Source: Dehalococcoidia bacterium (GTDB lineage: Bacteria > Chloroflexota > Dehalococcoidia > Bin125). From it: 64,000 bases of DNA. The notes beneath the pieces were generated by a model. The model had not been told where the DNA came from, did not search any database, and saw only the letters and a list, made by a program, of their open reading frames with translations. Positions 38,894 through 48,480 of this stretch are shown here, piece after piece. Position 1 is the stretch's first letter; each line of letters begins with the position of its first letter. Where the stretch lies: positions 384,001-448,000 of the forward strand of contig CAXXSR010000001.1 in assembly GCA_963662615.2 (NCBI GenBank), read 5' to 3'. The translations under genes were made by a program, and so were the position numbers.

Positions 38894-39075
38894 CGATCGC
38901 GCTCGAGGTTCATTCTGTCGCGGGGCCGGGTGCCCGCGGCGCGGGCAGTGGTTCTTGACGCGGCCGCAAGAAAAAGGGGCTGCATGGCCTCACCACTGTA
39001 ATACGGGTAGCGCTGGGTTTTGGAGGGTTGCACCGCGGCGTTGACGACGTTGGGGGGCAGGCATAGCGTGGGCGC

Positions 39076-39567
39076 ATGGGGACGTTTCAAGTGGCGATCG
39101 AGATCGGCGACGCGGCGGGTGAGCGCTGGGAGACGGTGGATGTCGTCGTCGACACCGGAGCGAGCTACAGCTGGATTCCGGCAGACGTCCTGCACCGCCG
39201 GGGCGTCCAGCCCCAATTTCGTCGGCGGTTTCGGACGGCCGACGACCGCTCCGTGGAGCGAGACATGGCCGTGACGGCAGCCCGCTGGGACGGGCAAGTC
39301 CTGCCCACGCTGGTGGTGTTCGCCGACGCTGGATCGTTGGCCGTTCTGGGAGCACACTCGCTGGAAGGGTTCAGTCTCGCGGCCGATCCGGTGAACCGAA
39401 GGCTGATCCCAGTGGAGGGGTTCGCGCTATTGGCTGGTTGTGGGGATTCGTCCATCGACCCTGCGGCAACCTCAGGGCGGGTCCGGACAAGCAGGCTCCC
39501 AACGATTGGGGACGGCCTCACTGTATGCGGCGCGGCTGCGGGAAGTCTCTCGCTGAGCGCGAGCTGA
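39076..39567 (+). CDS. Retropepsin-like (clan AA) aspartyl protease
   Basis: MGTF.V.IEI, VDTGASYS, LG...LEGF.L..DPVNRRL.P. Confidence 0.85.
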   Translation: MGTFQVAIEIGDAAGERWETVDVVVDTGASYSWIPADVLHRRGVQPQFRRRFRTADDRSVERDMAVTAARWDGQVLPTLVVFADAGSLAVLGAHSLEGFSLAADPVNRRLIPVEGFALLAGCGDSSIDPAATSGRVRTSRLPTIGDGLTVCGAAAGSLSLSAS

Positions 39568-39669
39568 GCAGCCGCGGCGGCGCTAGCCCTTCTTGCGGAG
39601 CTGGGGGAATTGTTTCGCCGAACGTGCCCGACTGATCGTCGTGGTGCGGGGTGAGGAGCCGCGGCCGCG

Positions 39670-41235
39670 CTATCCCATTGTGCGGAGCGCGGGAAAGAGG
39701 ATCACGTCGCGGATGGAGGGGGCGTTGGTGAGGACCATGACGAGGCGGTCGACGCCCAGGCCGAGGCCGCCGGTGGGCGGCATGCCGTGCTCTAAGGCGA
39801 CGAGGAAGTCCTCATCGATCAGCTCCGCCTCTTCGTCGCCGCTCTGGCGCCGTTGCAGCTGTTCCTGGAAGCGGCGGCGCTGGTCGAAGGGGTCGTTGAG
39901 TTCGCTGTAGGCGTTGGCGATCTCGGAGCCGGCGATGAATGTCTCGAACCGCTCCACCAGGGAGGGGTCGTCCGGCTTGCGTTTGGCGAGGGGCGACGTC
40001 TCCACCGGATAGTCGAGCAGGAAGGTGGGCTGGATCAGCTGCGGCTCCACAGCGTGCGAGACCAGCAGATCCAGCATCTTGGCCCAGCCGGTGCCCGGGG
40101 GCTGCGCGCTCTGGTGCTCGGCCAGGTGCGGCGCCAGCGTCTCGGCCGTGCGGCGCTCCACGAAGTCGACGCCGGCGTGGGTCCGCAGAGCCTCGCGCAT
40201 GGTCAGGCGGCGCCAGGGCGGGGCAAGGTCGATGGTGTGGTCGCCGACGGTGACGGTCGTCGTTCCCAGCACGTCCTGGGCGACCGTGGCGACCATGGTC
40301 TCGACCATCGCCGCCACGTCGTGGTAGTCGGCGTAGGCCTCGTACGATTCCATCATGGTGAATTCAGGGTTGTGCCGGGTGGAGAGCCCTTCGTTGCGGA
40401 AGATGCGGCCAACCTCATAGACCTTGTCGAGGCCGCCGACGATGAGGCGTTTGAGGTGGAGTTCGGTGGCGATGCGCAGGTGGCGCTCTTCGTCGAGGGC
40501 GTTGAAGTAGGTCGTGAAGGGCTTGGCAGCGGCGCCGCCGGCCTCGGCTTGCAGCACCGGCGTTTCCACTTCCATGAAACCGCGCCGGTCCATGAACCGT
40601 CGGAGGGCCGCCACGATCTTGGAGCGGGTGACGAAGACCTCCCGCGCGTCGAGGTTGGTCTGGAGGTCGAGGTAGCGCTGGCGATAGCGCCGCTCGACAT
40701 CCTGGAGGCCGTGGAACTTTTCGGGGGGCGGCCGCAGCGCCTTACTTAACATGCGCAGCTTGCGCGCCTCCAAGGAGATCTCGCCGCTGCGGGTGCGGAT
40801 GAGCTTTCCCTGCGCCTCCAGGAAGTCGCCGAGGTCGAGCGCCTGCAGCAGCTGCCAATGTTTGGGTAGGGCATCGCGACGGCAGAGGATCTGGATGGCG
40901 CCGGAGCCGTCGCGCAGGTCCAAGAAGACGAGCTTGCCGAGGTTGCGGATGTTGGTGACGCGCCCAGCGACGCGGGCCGACGGTTGCGTCTTGCGTTGGC
41001 CGCGTTCCCAGCGCTCGAAGCTGCTGCGGGCGTCGGCGGTGGTGCGCCGCGGGCCGCTGAGACGCGCGGGGTAGGGGTCCACGTTGCGCTCGCGGAGTTG
41101 CTCGGCCTTGCGCCGCCGTTGCTCGAAGAGTTCGCGCAGGCGCTCGCTCGTCTGGTCAGGCTTACTCGTCCGGTCAGGCTTACTCGTCCGGTCAGGCTCG
41201 CTGGTCCGGTCAGGCTCGCTGGTCCGGTCAGGCAT
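39670..41235 (-). CDS. lysS: Lysyl-tRNA synthetase (class II)
   Basis: RYRQRYLDL, GGAAAKPF, FRNEG, HNPEFT, NAYSELNDP, GMPPTGG.G.G.DRL. Confidence 0.98.
   Translation of the reverse strand: MPDRTSEPDRTSEPDRTSKPDRTSKPDQTSERLRELFEQRRRKAEQLRERNVDPYPARLSGPRRTTADARSSFERWERGQRKTQPSARVAGRVTNIRNLGKLVFLDLRDGSGAIQILCRRDALPKHWQLLQALDLGDFLEAQGKLIRTRSGEISLEARKLRMLSKALRPPPEKFHGLQDVERRYRQRYLDLQTNLDAREVFVTRSKIVAALRRFMDRRGFMEVETPVLQAEAGGAAAKPFTTYFNALDEERHLRIATELHLKRLIVGGLDKVYEVGRIFRNEGLSTRHNPEFTMMESYEAYADYHDVAAMVETMVATVAQDVLGTTTVTVGDHTIDLAPPWRRLTMREALRTHAGVDFVERRTAETLAPHLAEHQSAQPPGTGWAKMLDLLVSHAVEPQLIQPTFLLDYPVETSPLAKRKPDDPSLVERFETFIAGSEIANAYSELNDPFDQRRRFQEQLQRRQSGDEEAELIDEDFLVALEHGMPPTGGLGLGVDRLVMVLTNAPSIRDVILFPALRTMG
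41143..41232 (-). repeat. In-frame 18-bp tandem repeat x5 at lysS N-terminus (PDRTSE/K)
   Basis: Five units ending GTC(C/T)GGTCAGG on the plus strand. Confidence 0.9.
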
Positions 41236-41365
41236 AGGCGCTGGTGGCGCGTGCCCTCACTTCCGCGGAGACGGTGAGCGGCGGGCAGGCCGACGAGCGC
41301 GCGCCGGTCACCGTGGTGTGCGCGGGTCAGCGGCCGGGGTCCCGTGTGGTCCGCGGCGGCGGGCG

Positions 41366-41848
41366 CTAGGCAATGGTCTTGATCTTCATCTTGATGGTGC
41401 CCGCCGGCGCCTCCACCTCCACGGTCTCGCCCTTTTTGCGCCCGAGCAGCGCGCGCCCCACGGGCGACTCGTCGCTGACGAAGCCCTGGGCCGGGTCGAC
41501 TTCGGCGATGCCGACGATGGTGAAGCGCTGTTCGCGGCGTCCTACCGTCACCGTGACGGTGGCGCCCAGATGGACGAAGTTCTGCTTCCGGGCGTCGTCC
41601 TCATTGATGACCTCGGCGTTGGCAAGGATGTTCTCAAGGGTGCGGATGCGTCCTTCAATGAAGGCCTGCTCGTTTTTGGCCTCCTCATACTCACCATCGT
41701 TTTGGATCCCCGGCGACTCTTCGAGCGTCGCGTGGATGCGCGCGGCCGCGGCGGGGCGCTTGGCGGTGCGCAGCTCTTCCAACTCGTCGCGGAGCCGCTC
41801 GATTCCCGCCTTGGTGACCGGAACCGGCTTCTGCGCGGCCATCAGCAT
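41366..41848 (-). CDS. greA: Transcription elongation factor GreA
   Basis: T..G...L..EL..L, EY..AKNEQAF.EGRI, S.ESP.G.ALLG...G..V.V.AP.G; adjacent to lysS. Confidence 0.93.
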   Translation of the reverse strand: MLMAAQKPVPVTKAGIERLRDELEELRTAKRPAAAARIHATLEESPGIQNDGEYEEAKNEQAFIEGRIRTLENILANAEVINEDDARKQNFVHLGATVTVTVGRREQRFTIVGIAEVDPAQGFVSDESPVGRALLGRKKGETVEVEAPAGTIKMKIKTIA

Positions 41849-41884
41849 CAACTCCCTTCCGCCGACCACCCCGCTTACGGCGCA

Positions 41885-41919
41885 GACGAAAGCGACTGGG
41901 GACTGTGGTCCCCAGTCGT
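41885..41919 (-). terminator. Terminator-like hairpin in the greA leader
   Basis: CGACTGGGGAC-CACA-GTCCCCAGTCG 11-bp stem followed by CTTTCGTCT. Confidence 0.65.
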
Positions 41920-41944
41920 TGGTGGAGTGCCCTGATCAGTTCCA

Positions 41945-41973
41945 ACTATAGAGAGCACGTGCCGGGCTGTAAA
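41945..41973 (-). promoter_or_regulatory. Sigma70-type promoter for greA-lysS
   Basis: Minus strand TTTACA-17 nt-TATAGT. Confidence 0.75.
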
Positions 41974-42318
41974 CGCTCTCGGCGCGGCCCTGGGCGGCCG
42001 CCGGCCACTGAGCTGAGTGCTAGACTGAGCGCCGATGGGGGCGGGGGGGTAGGGCGCCGGGACGGCGCCTGGAGCGGGCATGTTGATGGGGGCCGCCGAT
42101 TCCCTCTGCCGGGCGGGTGCCGCGCGTCCAACCGAGACGGCGCCTGGGTGGCGCCGCCGCCGCGCCGCGAGCGCGCTGAAGCGCGCCGCAGATGAGCGGC
42201 GACTCGATGCGCGCCACCTCCCACCGCGCCGGCGGGCACTGTGCTGGTGGGCACTGTGCTGGTGGGCAGAAGGGCGGGCGACGTTGCCGCCGTTCCGCCG
42301 GGGAGAGTCGGGGAGATC

Positions 42319-44085
42319 ATGAGCGCCGGCCCGTCGGAGGAGAGCGGACCGTTCCAGCGCCGCCCGCCGCGACGCGCGGGTGGCCGGGAGCGTTCCGCGG
42401 CCGGTCGGGAGCGGGCGTCCGGCGGGGAGGGCGGTGAGGCGGCCGGCGGCGGCCGGCCGCGGGGGCCCTGGGTGGTGGGGCTGGCGGTGGTCGCCTTGGC
42501 GGTGGCCATTGTGGTCCTGTTCGTCCCGCCCCTGGCGCTGCTGGACGACGATGGGGCCGACGACGCCGAAGCCGTCGACGCCGCCGCGACCGTCGGCCCG
42601 TCAGCGCCGGTGATTACCCGCACCGGTGTGGAAGCGGCGCTGCGAGCGCGCTTTCCGGACATCCCGGACAGCCTGCAGCCGGTGAGCCCGATCTACGACC
42701 TGCACGTGCCTGACTTTCTTCCCGGGCCGTACGTCCTGACCATCCGCTTGAACAGCGCCACTCAGGATCAGCGCAACCTGGGCGCCTACACCAACGAGGA
42801 CGGTAGCTGGCGACGCCTGAATCCCGCTCTTCTGTCGGATGACGGCAGCACCGCCCGGGTGGAGCTGGACGAGGCGCCGGACAACGTGGCCATCTTGCGG
42901 CGGCTGCAGTTCCGCGACATGGTGACCGGCCGCCTCCCCGCCGGCGAGGAGCTGGCGGCTGAGGCCGTGAACACGATCACGATCATCAACCCGGTGGGCT
43001 TCGTGCCGGCGGAGGACGGATCGCTGCTGGGGCGGGTGGAGCCGTTGCCCAGTGACGTGACGCAACCGATCTATCCCGTGATCGTGGCGAACGAGGCGGA
43101 CGCGGAGATCATCAATACCGTGATCGGATCGGAGACGCTGCGCCGCCAGCACATCAACAACATCCTTCTCTTGATGGACACCGGGCGCTTCGACGGGGTG
43201 GATATTGACTACCAGTTCATCAGCCTGGCGCTGCGGGAGGCGTTCACAGAGTTCATCACGGAGCTAGCCGACCAGCTGCACCGCGACGACCGCGGCATCA
43301 TCATCACGGTGCCGCTGCCGCGGCGCGACGCCTCCGGCCTGGATGAGGGCGCCTACCATCTGGCCGCCCTGGGTGCGGTGGTGGACCGGATCAAGCTGTC
43401 GCCACCGAGCGATCAGGCGATCTTTCGCGAGTCGCTGCTGGCGACGTTGCCGGCCGTCCTCAACCGGATCCCGGCTGAGAAGGTCCTGCTGCGGGTCTCT
43501 CCGCTGAGCGTGATTAAGAGCCGCGACGACGTCCTGTTAATCTCGCGGCGCGACGCGCTGGGGCTGGCGAGCCAGATCCGGCTGGCGGAGGCGGGACCGA
43601 TCGTGGCGGGGCAACGCGTCGGCCTGCAGGGGGACAGCATCTCCCAGGACGGTGGCGCCAGCGGGCTGTTCTGGGATGAGTTCGCCAACATGGTCTCCTT
43701 CGTCTACCCGGACCGCAACGGCGACCGGGTGACGGTCTGGATTGAGAATCGTTTCAGTTTGGCGTTCAAGTTGCAGTTGGTGCAGGAGTTCAAGCTGGGC
43801 GGGCTGGCTCTGGCGGATGTGTCCGCCAACCCGGCACACCCGGACCTGTGGCCGGTGATCAACAGCTTCCTGGAGTCCGGGTCGGTGCGGCTGGTGCGGC
43901 CCAACCCGGCGCTCCTGAATCCGGTCTGGGACGTGGGCGAAGACGGGGAGCTGAGCGGCTCCGGCAGCGCCGGTTGGGTGGTCTGGGCCACGCCCACCAT
44001 TCCGGGCACGTACGAGGCGCGCCTCGTCGTCAGCGACGGCGACGTTCGGGTCGGGCACGCGCTGGAGGTGACGGTGGAGCCCTAG
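42319..44085 (+). CDS. Membrane-anchored GH18-like TIM-barrel protein (catalytic Glu replaced)
   Basis: N-terminal TM; FDGVDIDYQ; VWIENRFS...K..LV.EF.LGG. Confidence 0.75.
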   Translation: MSAGPSEESGPFQRRPPRRAGGRERSAAGRERASGGEGGEAAGGGRPRGPWVVGLAVVALAVAIVVLFVPPLALLDDDGADDAEAVDAAATVGPSAPVITRTGVEAALRARFPDIPDSLQPVSPIYDLHVPDFLPGPYVLTIRLNSATQDQRNLGAYTNEDGSWRRLNPALLSDDGSTARVELDEAPDNVAILRRLQFRDMVTGRLPAGEELAAEAVNTITIINPVGFVPAEDGSLLGRVEPLPSDVTQPIYPVIVANEADAEIINTVIGSETLRRQHINNILLLMDTGRFDGVDIDYQFISLALREAFTEFITELADQLHRDDRGIIITVPLPRRDASGLDEGAYHLAALGAVVDRIKLSPPSDQAIFRESLLATLPAVLNRIPAEKVLLRVSPLSVIKSRDDVLLISRRDALGLASQIRLAEAGPIVAGQRVGLQGDSISQDGGASGLFWDEFANMVSFVYPDRNGDRVTVWIENRFSLAFKLQLVQEFKLGGLALADVSANPAHPDLWPVINSFLESGSVRLVRPNPALLNPVWDVGEDGELSGSGSAGWVVWATPTIPGTYEARLVVSDGDVRVGHALEVTVEP

Positions 44086-44087
44086 CC

Positions 44088-44651
44088 GTGGCGCGGCCGA
44101 TCATCCGTATCAGCGGCGGCGCCTACGCCGGCCGCCAGGTGAGGGGCGGGCCGGCGGGGACACGCTCGGCGACGGCGCGGCTGCGCACGTCGATCTTCGA
44201 CCGGCCCGACGTGCGGGCGCTGGCGGACGGGCGCGTGCTGGACCTCTATGCGGGCGCCGGCTTGCTGGGACTGGAGGCGCTCAGCCACGGCGCCGCCTGG
44301 GTTGATTTCGTGGAGCGGAGCCGTCCCGCCTGCGACGTGATCCGCTCCAACCTCGCCGGCTTGGGCGCAGGGGAGCGCGCGCGGGTGCATTGCGGGACGG
44401 TGGAGCGCGCGCGTGCGCGCCTGACGCCTCCCTACGACCTCTGCTTCGCCGACCCGCCCTACCTGGTGGACGCGCTGCCAACGCTGCGGGCGCTGCTGTC
44501 GGGTGGGCTCCTGGCCGGCGATGGGCTGCTGCTCTGGCGTCATCTCCGGCGCCAGCCGGGGCCCGAGTGTCTGGGCCCCCTGGCCCGGTGCGACGTGCGT
44601 CGGTATGGTGACGGCGTTTTGGAGAGCTATCGGGCCGGAGGCGCGCCATGA
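44088..44651 (+). CDS. rsmD: 16S rRNA m2G966 methyltransferase RsmD
   Basis: RISGG..GR, VLDLYAG.G.LGLEALS.GA, FVE, DPPY, RRYG; upstream of coaD. Confidence 0.9.
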   Translation: MARPIIRISGGAYAGRQVRGGPAGTRSATARLRTSIFDRPDVRALADGRVLDLYAGAGLLGLEALSHGAAWVDFVERSRPACDVIRSNLAGLGAGERARVHCGTVERARARLTPPYDLCFADPPYLVDALPTLRALLSGGLLAGDGLLLWRHLRRQPGPECLGPLARCDVRRYGDGVLESYRAGGAP

Positions 44652-45130
44652 TCACCGCGATCTATCCCGGCGGCTTCGACCCCGTGACGAACGGCCATTT
44701 GGACATCGTCCGCCGTGCGGCCTTGCTCTTCGACGAGGTCGTCGTCGCTGTGTCGAAGCGGGAGACGTCGCTGTTCACCCTGCAGGAGCGGGTTGAGATG
44801 ATGAAAGAGGCCGTGCAGGAGACTGCGAATGCCCGGGTGGACAGCTACGAGGGGCTGACGGTCACCTACGCCCGCAGCATTGGCGCCAGGGCGCTGGTGC
44901 GGGGGATGCGCGCCGTCACGGGCTTTGAGACCGAGTTCGACATGGCGCTGATGAACAAGAAGATGGCGCCGGAGATTGAGGCGGTCTTTCTGATGGCGAG
45001 TCTGGAGCACCTTTTCATCTCCGCCAGCCGCATCCGCGAGATCGCGGAGCTGGGCCACCCCACACGTGACCTTGTGCCGCCACACGTTGCCCGGGCCCTG
45101 GAGGCGAAGTTCGGGCCGCCGCGGAGGTGA
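44648..45130 (+). CDS. coaD: Pantetheine-phosphate adenylyltransferase
   Basis: AIYPG.FDPVTNGHLD, RG.RA...FE.E, IS.S.IRE. Confidence 0.97.
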   Translation: MITAIYPGGFDPVTNGHLDIVRRAALLFDEVVVAVSKRETSLFTLQERVEMMKEAVQETANARVDSYEGLTVTYARSIGARALVRGMRAVTGFETEFDMALMNKKMAPEIEAVFLMASLEHLFISASRIREIAELGHPTRDLVPPHVARALEAKFGPPRR

Positions 45131-45167
45131 GTACAATGGCCGGGGGGCGGCGTGGGGAGGGTGCGCC

Positions 45168-45749
45168 ATAGACCTGCAAGCGCTGCTGGACGAATTAGAA
45201 GAGGCGGTTCTGCAAGGACAGCGCGCTCGCTTGGGGCGTGGTTGGCTGGTGGAGCGCGACCGTCTGCTTGATCTCATTGACCGGATCCGCGCGGTTGTGC
45301 CCGGCGAGATCGGCGACGCCCGCGCCATCCTGCGCGATCGCAACGACCTCCTGGCGCAGGCGAACGACGAAGCAGAGCTAGTGCTCACCAAAGCGCGCCA
45401 CGAAGCGGAGCTGCGGGTGGACGCACACGATCTCACGCTGGACGCGCAGCGCCGCGCGGCGGAGATCATTGAGCAGGCGCGCGAGCAAACGCGGACGGTC
45501 ATGGAAGAGTCGCGAATGGAGGCGACGGCGATCCGCGGCGATGCGACGAGCCAGGCCGTGGAGCAAGCGCGCGAGGCCGACCGCTATTCTCTGGACGTCC
45601 TGCGACGGCTGGAGGCACAGCTGACGGCGCTGACGACGAGCGTGCGGGCCGGCGTGACCCAGTTGGATCAGAAGATGGAGCAGGAGGAAGCGCAGCTCGC
45701 GGTGGACCGCCGGGACAGGCCGATGCGGGAGCGGCGCAGCGAATCGTAG
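45168..45749 (+). CDS. Coiled-coil protein of the family usually following coaD (DivIVA/ATPase-subunit-like)
   Basis: DL..LLD.LEE, LID.IR..VP.EI..A, AD.Y...VL..LE; SD GGGAGG precedes an ATA codon. Confidence 0.75.
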   Translation: MDLQALLDELEEAVLQGQRARLGRGWLVERDRLLDLIDRIRAVVPGEIGDARAILRDRNDLLAQANDEAELVLTKARHEAELRVDAHDLTLDAQRRAAEIIEQAREQTRTVMEESRMEATAIRGDATSQAVEQAREADRYSLDVLRRLEAQLTALTTSVRAGVTQLDQKMEQEEAQLAVDRRDRPMRERRSES

Positions 45750-45945
45750 GCCCCGCCCTCGCAGGTGCTGCCGTCGATCGCACGGCGGCGGGCCAGGATG
45801 GCAGTGCGCAGCCACTGTCTCCGCTCCAAGAACGGGCCGGCCCCCGCGTTCGCTCCTACGCCATGCTCCTTCCCACGAGGGGAAGGACAGGTCAGGACAG
45901 GCAAGCGCAGGGCGAGCGGGTGCGTTGCCGGTCCCAGGTGCGTTG

Positions 45946-46932
45946 ATGCGCATTCGTGCCGGCTGCGCCGTCCTGCTACTCCTTGCAGTTGGGTTGGTGA
46001 TCGCTGCCTGCGGCGGCGGGGACGAGCCCGCCTCCGAGCAGCCGCCGGCCGAGGCCGGGGCGGCGCCGCTCCCTGAGGAGACGCCCGCCGACGCGGTAGC
46101 GGGCGGCGACTCCGCCCCGCCATCCGCGATTGCGGCCGATGCCGCTCCCGCCGGCCGTCTGGGCCTCAGTGACTATCTGATCATCACGTTGGCCATCGAC
46201 GCGGAGTGGAACCGGGGGCTGGCCGATCTCCGGTCGCAGTTGGGAGGCGTAGCGCTTCAGCGCGAGTTGGCGCAGCGATTGCGCGAGCGCCTACAGTCGC
46301 TCTCGGGAATGCTGCCGCCCCAACCGGCGCAGGACTATCACCGCTCATTGCAGGAGGTGTCCAGCCGGCTGCGGGCGGGCCTGGAGGGCGAAGAGCCCGT
46401 GGATCTGCCGGAACTCCTGTCGGATTTTGAAGTGGTGAACGCGCAGGGGTTCCGCCTGGCCAGGGCGGTGTTGGCAGAGGAGGGCGACGATCCGCTCAAT
46501 CGCTACCTGCTGGCGGCCGTGGAGGTGCGGCTGGAGAGCGCGCGGGCGCTGCGGGCGTTCGGCCAGGAGGCGCAAGAAGCGTTTCTGTCGTTGCAGACGG
46601 CGGAAGACTTAGCGGCGATTTTCGTCCTCATTGAGCGGTTCATTGCGGACTTTGAGGCGGAAGTGGAGCGCTGGCGGCAGCTCTCGCCGCCCGTGGAAGC
46701 GCGCGCGCTGCATCAGCGCCAGCTGGACGTGCTGGCCGACACGATCGCCGTGGAACGCCAGATCCTGGCCGCGCTGGAAGGGCTGGTGAACGCAGAGCAG
46801 CGAGGCGATCTTCAGCAGGAGGACTTGGCCCCGTTGTTGGCGACCTTCGGCTCGGCGGAGGAGGTGTCGATTGCCGGCACCTATCTCCTGGCCGACTGGA
46901 ACGAGCTGCTGATCGCGGCGCTAGAGCCGTGA
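45946..46932 (+). CDS. Helical lipoprotein of unknown function
   Basis: IAAC lipobox; two L.PP..A...H repeats. Confidence 0.75.
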   Translation: MRIRAGCAVLLLLAVGLVIAACGGGDEPASEQPPAEAGAAPLPEETPADAVAGGDSAPPSAIAADAAPAGRLGLSDYLIITLAIDAEWNRGLADLRSQLGGVALQRELAQRLRERLQSLSGMLPPQPAQDYHRSLQEVSSRLRAGLEGEEPVDLPELLSDFEVVNAQGFRLARAVLAEEGDDPLNRYLLAAVEVRLESARALRAFGQEAQEAFLSLQTAEDLAAIFVLIERFIADFEAEVERWRQLSPPVEARALHQRQLDVLADTIAVERQILAALEGLVNAEQRGDLQQEDLAPLLATFGSAEEVSIAGTYLLADWNELLIAALEP

Positions 46933-46984
46933 GGGGGGGGCGCGCGTCGACGGGCAGCGGCAAGGGGCCGTTGGATTTGCCGCG

Positions 46985-47221
46985 TCATTGACCTGGAGAC
47001 AGCGCCGATCTCTTCCTTGAGCGGGTCGCTTTCACGGCACCAACCTTCGCAGCGAGTTGCATCCGGTTGTCGCAATCCCACTTGATCAGGACGCCTCTGA
47101 GGTAATTTTTCACGGTCGTCTTGGAGACAAGGAGCGCCCGCGCGATCTCCGCATTGGTGCGGCCCTGCGCCACCAATTCAGCGATGGCCGCCTCGCGAGC
47201 GGTCAAGTTGCGCCGGTCCAT
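46985..47221 (-). CDS. Stand-alone LuxR-type HTH regulator, copy 1
   Basis: LT.RE..IA.LVA.G.TN.EIA..L.VS..TVK..L....K....NR.QL. Confidence 0.9.
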   Translation of the reverse strand: MDRRNLTAREAAIAELVAQGRTNAEIARALLVSKTTVKNYLRGVLIKWDCDNRMQLAAKVGAVKATRSRKRSALSPGQ

Positions 47222-47451
47222 GGCTCCCCTTCCATGGAATCCCTACACCCATTGACGTCGTGCGCCGGCGCGGTGGGCAGGCGACGTGCCGACAAGTCGC
47301 CCAGCGCGCGCCTAGTCTAGCTCCAAATAATTAATGATCAAACGACTTTCCGGTCGCAGATCACGGTTGGCGTGATCATGTCAAAAACGGAAGATTCCCT
47401 AATATTCAAAACAGTACGGTTCTGGGAGTCTCATCTGAAGAGGGCCATCAG

Positions 47452-47985
47452 ATGAGGCGTGACCACGTTGACATTGTGCTTGGCGAGGCCGGCCGTGGGC
47501 GACCGGATCGTGACGTCTCGCCCGTGGCAGTGACGGCCCGGATCTTGCGCGCCGCTCGCTTCCTTGAGTCAGGATTTGATGCGGGGCTGGCGAGGTCCGG
47601 CCTCAGCTATTCGGAGTTCGACGTGCTCGCGACGCTGAGGCGGGTGGGGAGCGACGAGGGGCTCGCGCCTTCCGCCATCGCGCATTCACTGATGCTTTCG
47701 CGGGCGACCATCACCGGACGGCTGGACCGGCTGGAAGCTGCCGGCTACGTGCGGCGCCGGCCCGACCGCTCGGACCGGCGCGGCCTCTTGGTGGGGCTGA
47801 CGGCCAAAGGCCGGAAGGTCATTGACGAGGCGTTGCCCCCATACCGTGCGAATCTCGATCGGCTGATCGCACCGCTGAGCGATAGGGAGCGTACGCGGTT
47901 GGCGGGGCTGCTGCGCAAGCTGCTGCTGGCGTTCGAAGCGGAGGCTGCGGGCGGCGCCGGACCGCGCCGGTCGGCACCTCCGTAG
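47452..47985 (+). CDS. MarR-family regulator
   Basis: EFDVLATLRR.G, T.RLDRLE..G.V.R.....DRR...V.LT.KG. Confidence 0.93.
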   Translation: MRRDHVDIVLGEAGRGRPDRDVSPVAVTARILRAARFLESGFDAGLARSGLSYSEFDVLATLRRVGSDEGLAPSAIAHSLMLSRATITGRLDRLEAAGYVRRRPDRSDRRGLLVGLTAKGRKVIDEALPPYRANLDRLIAPLSDRERTRLAGLLRKLLLAFEAEAAGGAGPRRSAPP

Positions 47986-48230
47986 CCGGCGTTTTTTCTC
48001 CCCTCGCGTCGATGAACCATCACGGCGCGGACTGTCTACCCCGCGCCGATTTTTTTGGCCATCGCGTCGACGAACCGTCACGGTACGGACTGGCTCCCCC
48101 GCGCCGAACCTTTTTGGCGATCGCGGCGGCGAATTGTGTAGGGCGGCTGGCGCTCGCCCCTTCGGCGCGCTCCTTCCCGGGAGGGGAAGGACAGGTCAGG
48201 ACAGGCATGCTGAGGGCCAACGGCGGGCAA
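47986..48230 (+). repeat. ~58-bp tandem repeat (about 2.5 copies) plus a TCCTTCC..GGAAGGACAGGTCAGGACAGGC element
   Basis: TTTTT..TCGCGTCGA(T/C)GAACC(A/G)TCACGG..CGGACTG...CCCCGCGCCGA repeated. Confidence 0.8.
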
Positions 48231-48243
48231 TCACGCTGTCGGA

Positions 48244-48480
48244 TCACCCAGCCGTGGACGGCGATGATCGCTCGCTTGAGCGCCCCACTTGCCAGGCGCC
48301 CACCTTCGCGGCCAGTTGCGTCCGGTTGGCGCAATCCCACTTGATCATGATGTCTCTGAGGTGATTTTTCACCATCGTCGAGGAGACAAGGAGGGCCTCC
48401 GCGATCTCCGCATTACTGCGACCCTCCGCCACCAATTCAGCGATGGTGACCTCGCGATCGGTCAGCTGGCTCCGATCCAT
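48244..48480 (-). CDS. Stand-alone LuxR-type HTH regulator, copy 2
   Basis: Close paralog of 46985..47221 (IKWDC.NR.QLAAKVGA). Confidence 0.9.
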   Translation of the reverse strand: MDRSQLTDREVTIAELVAEGRSNAEIAEALLVSSTMVKNHLRDIMIKWDCANRTQLAAKVGAWQVGRSSERSSPSTAG

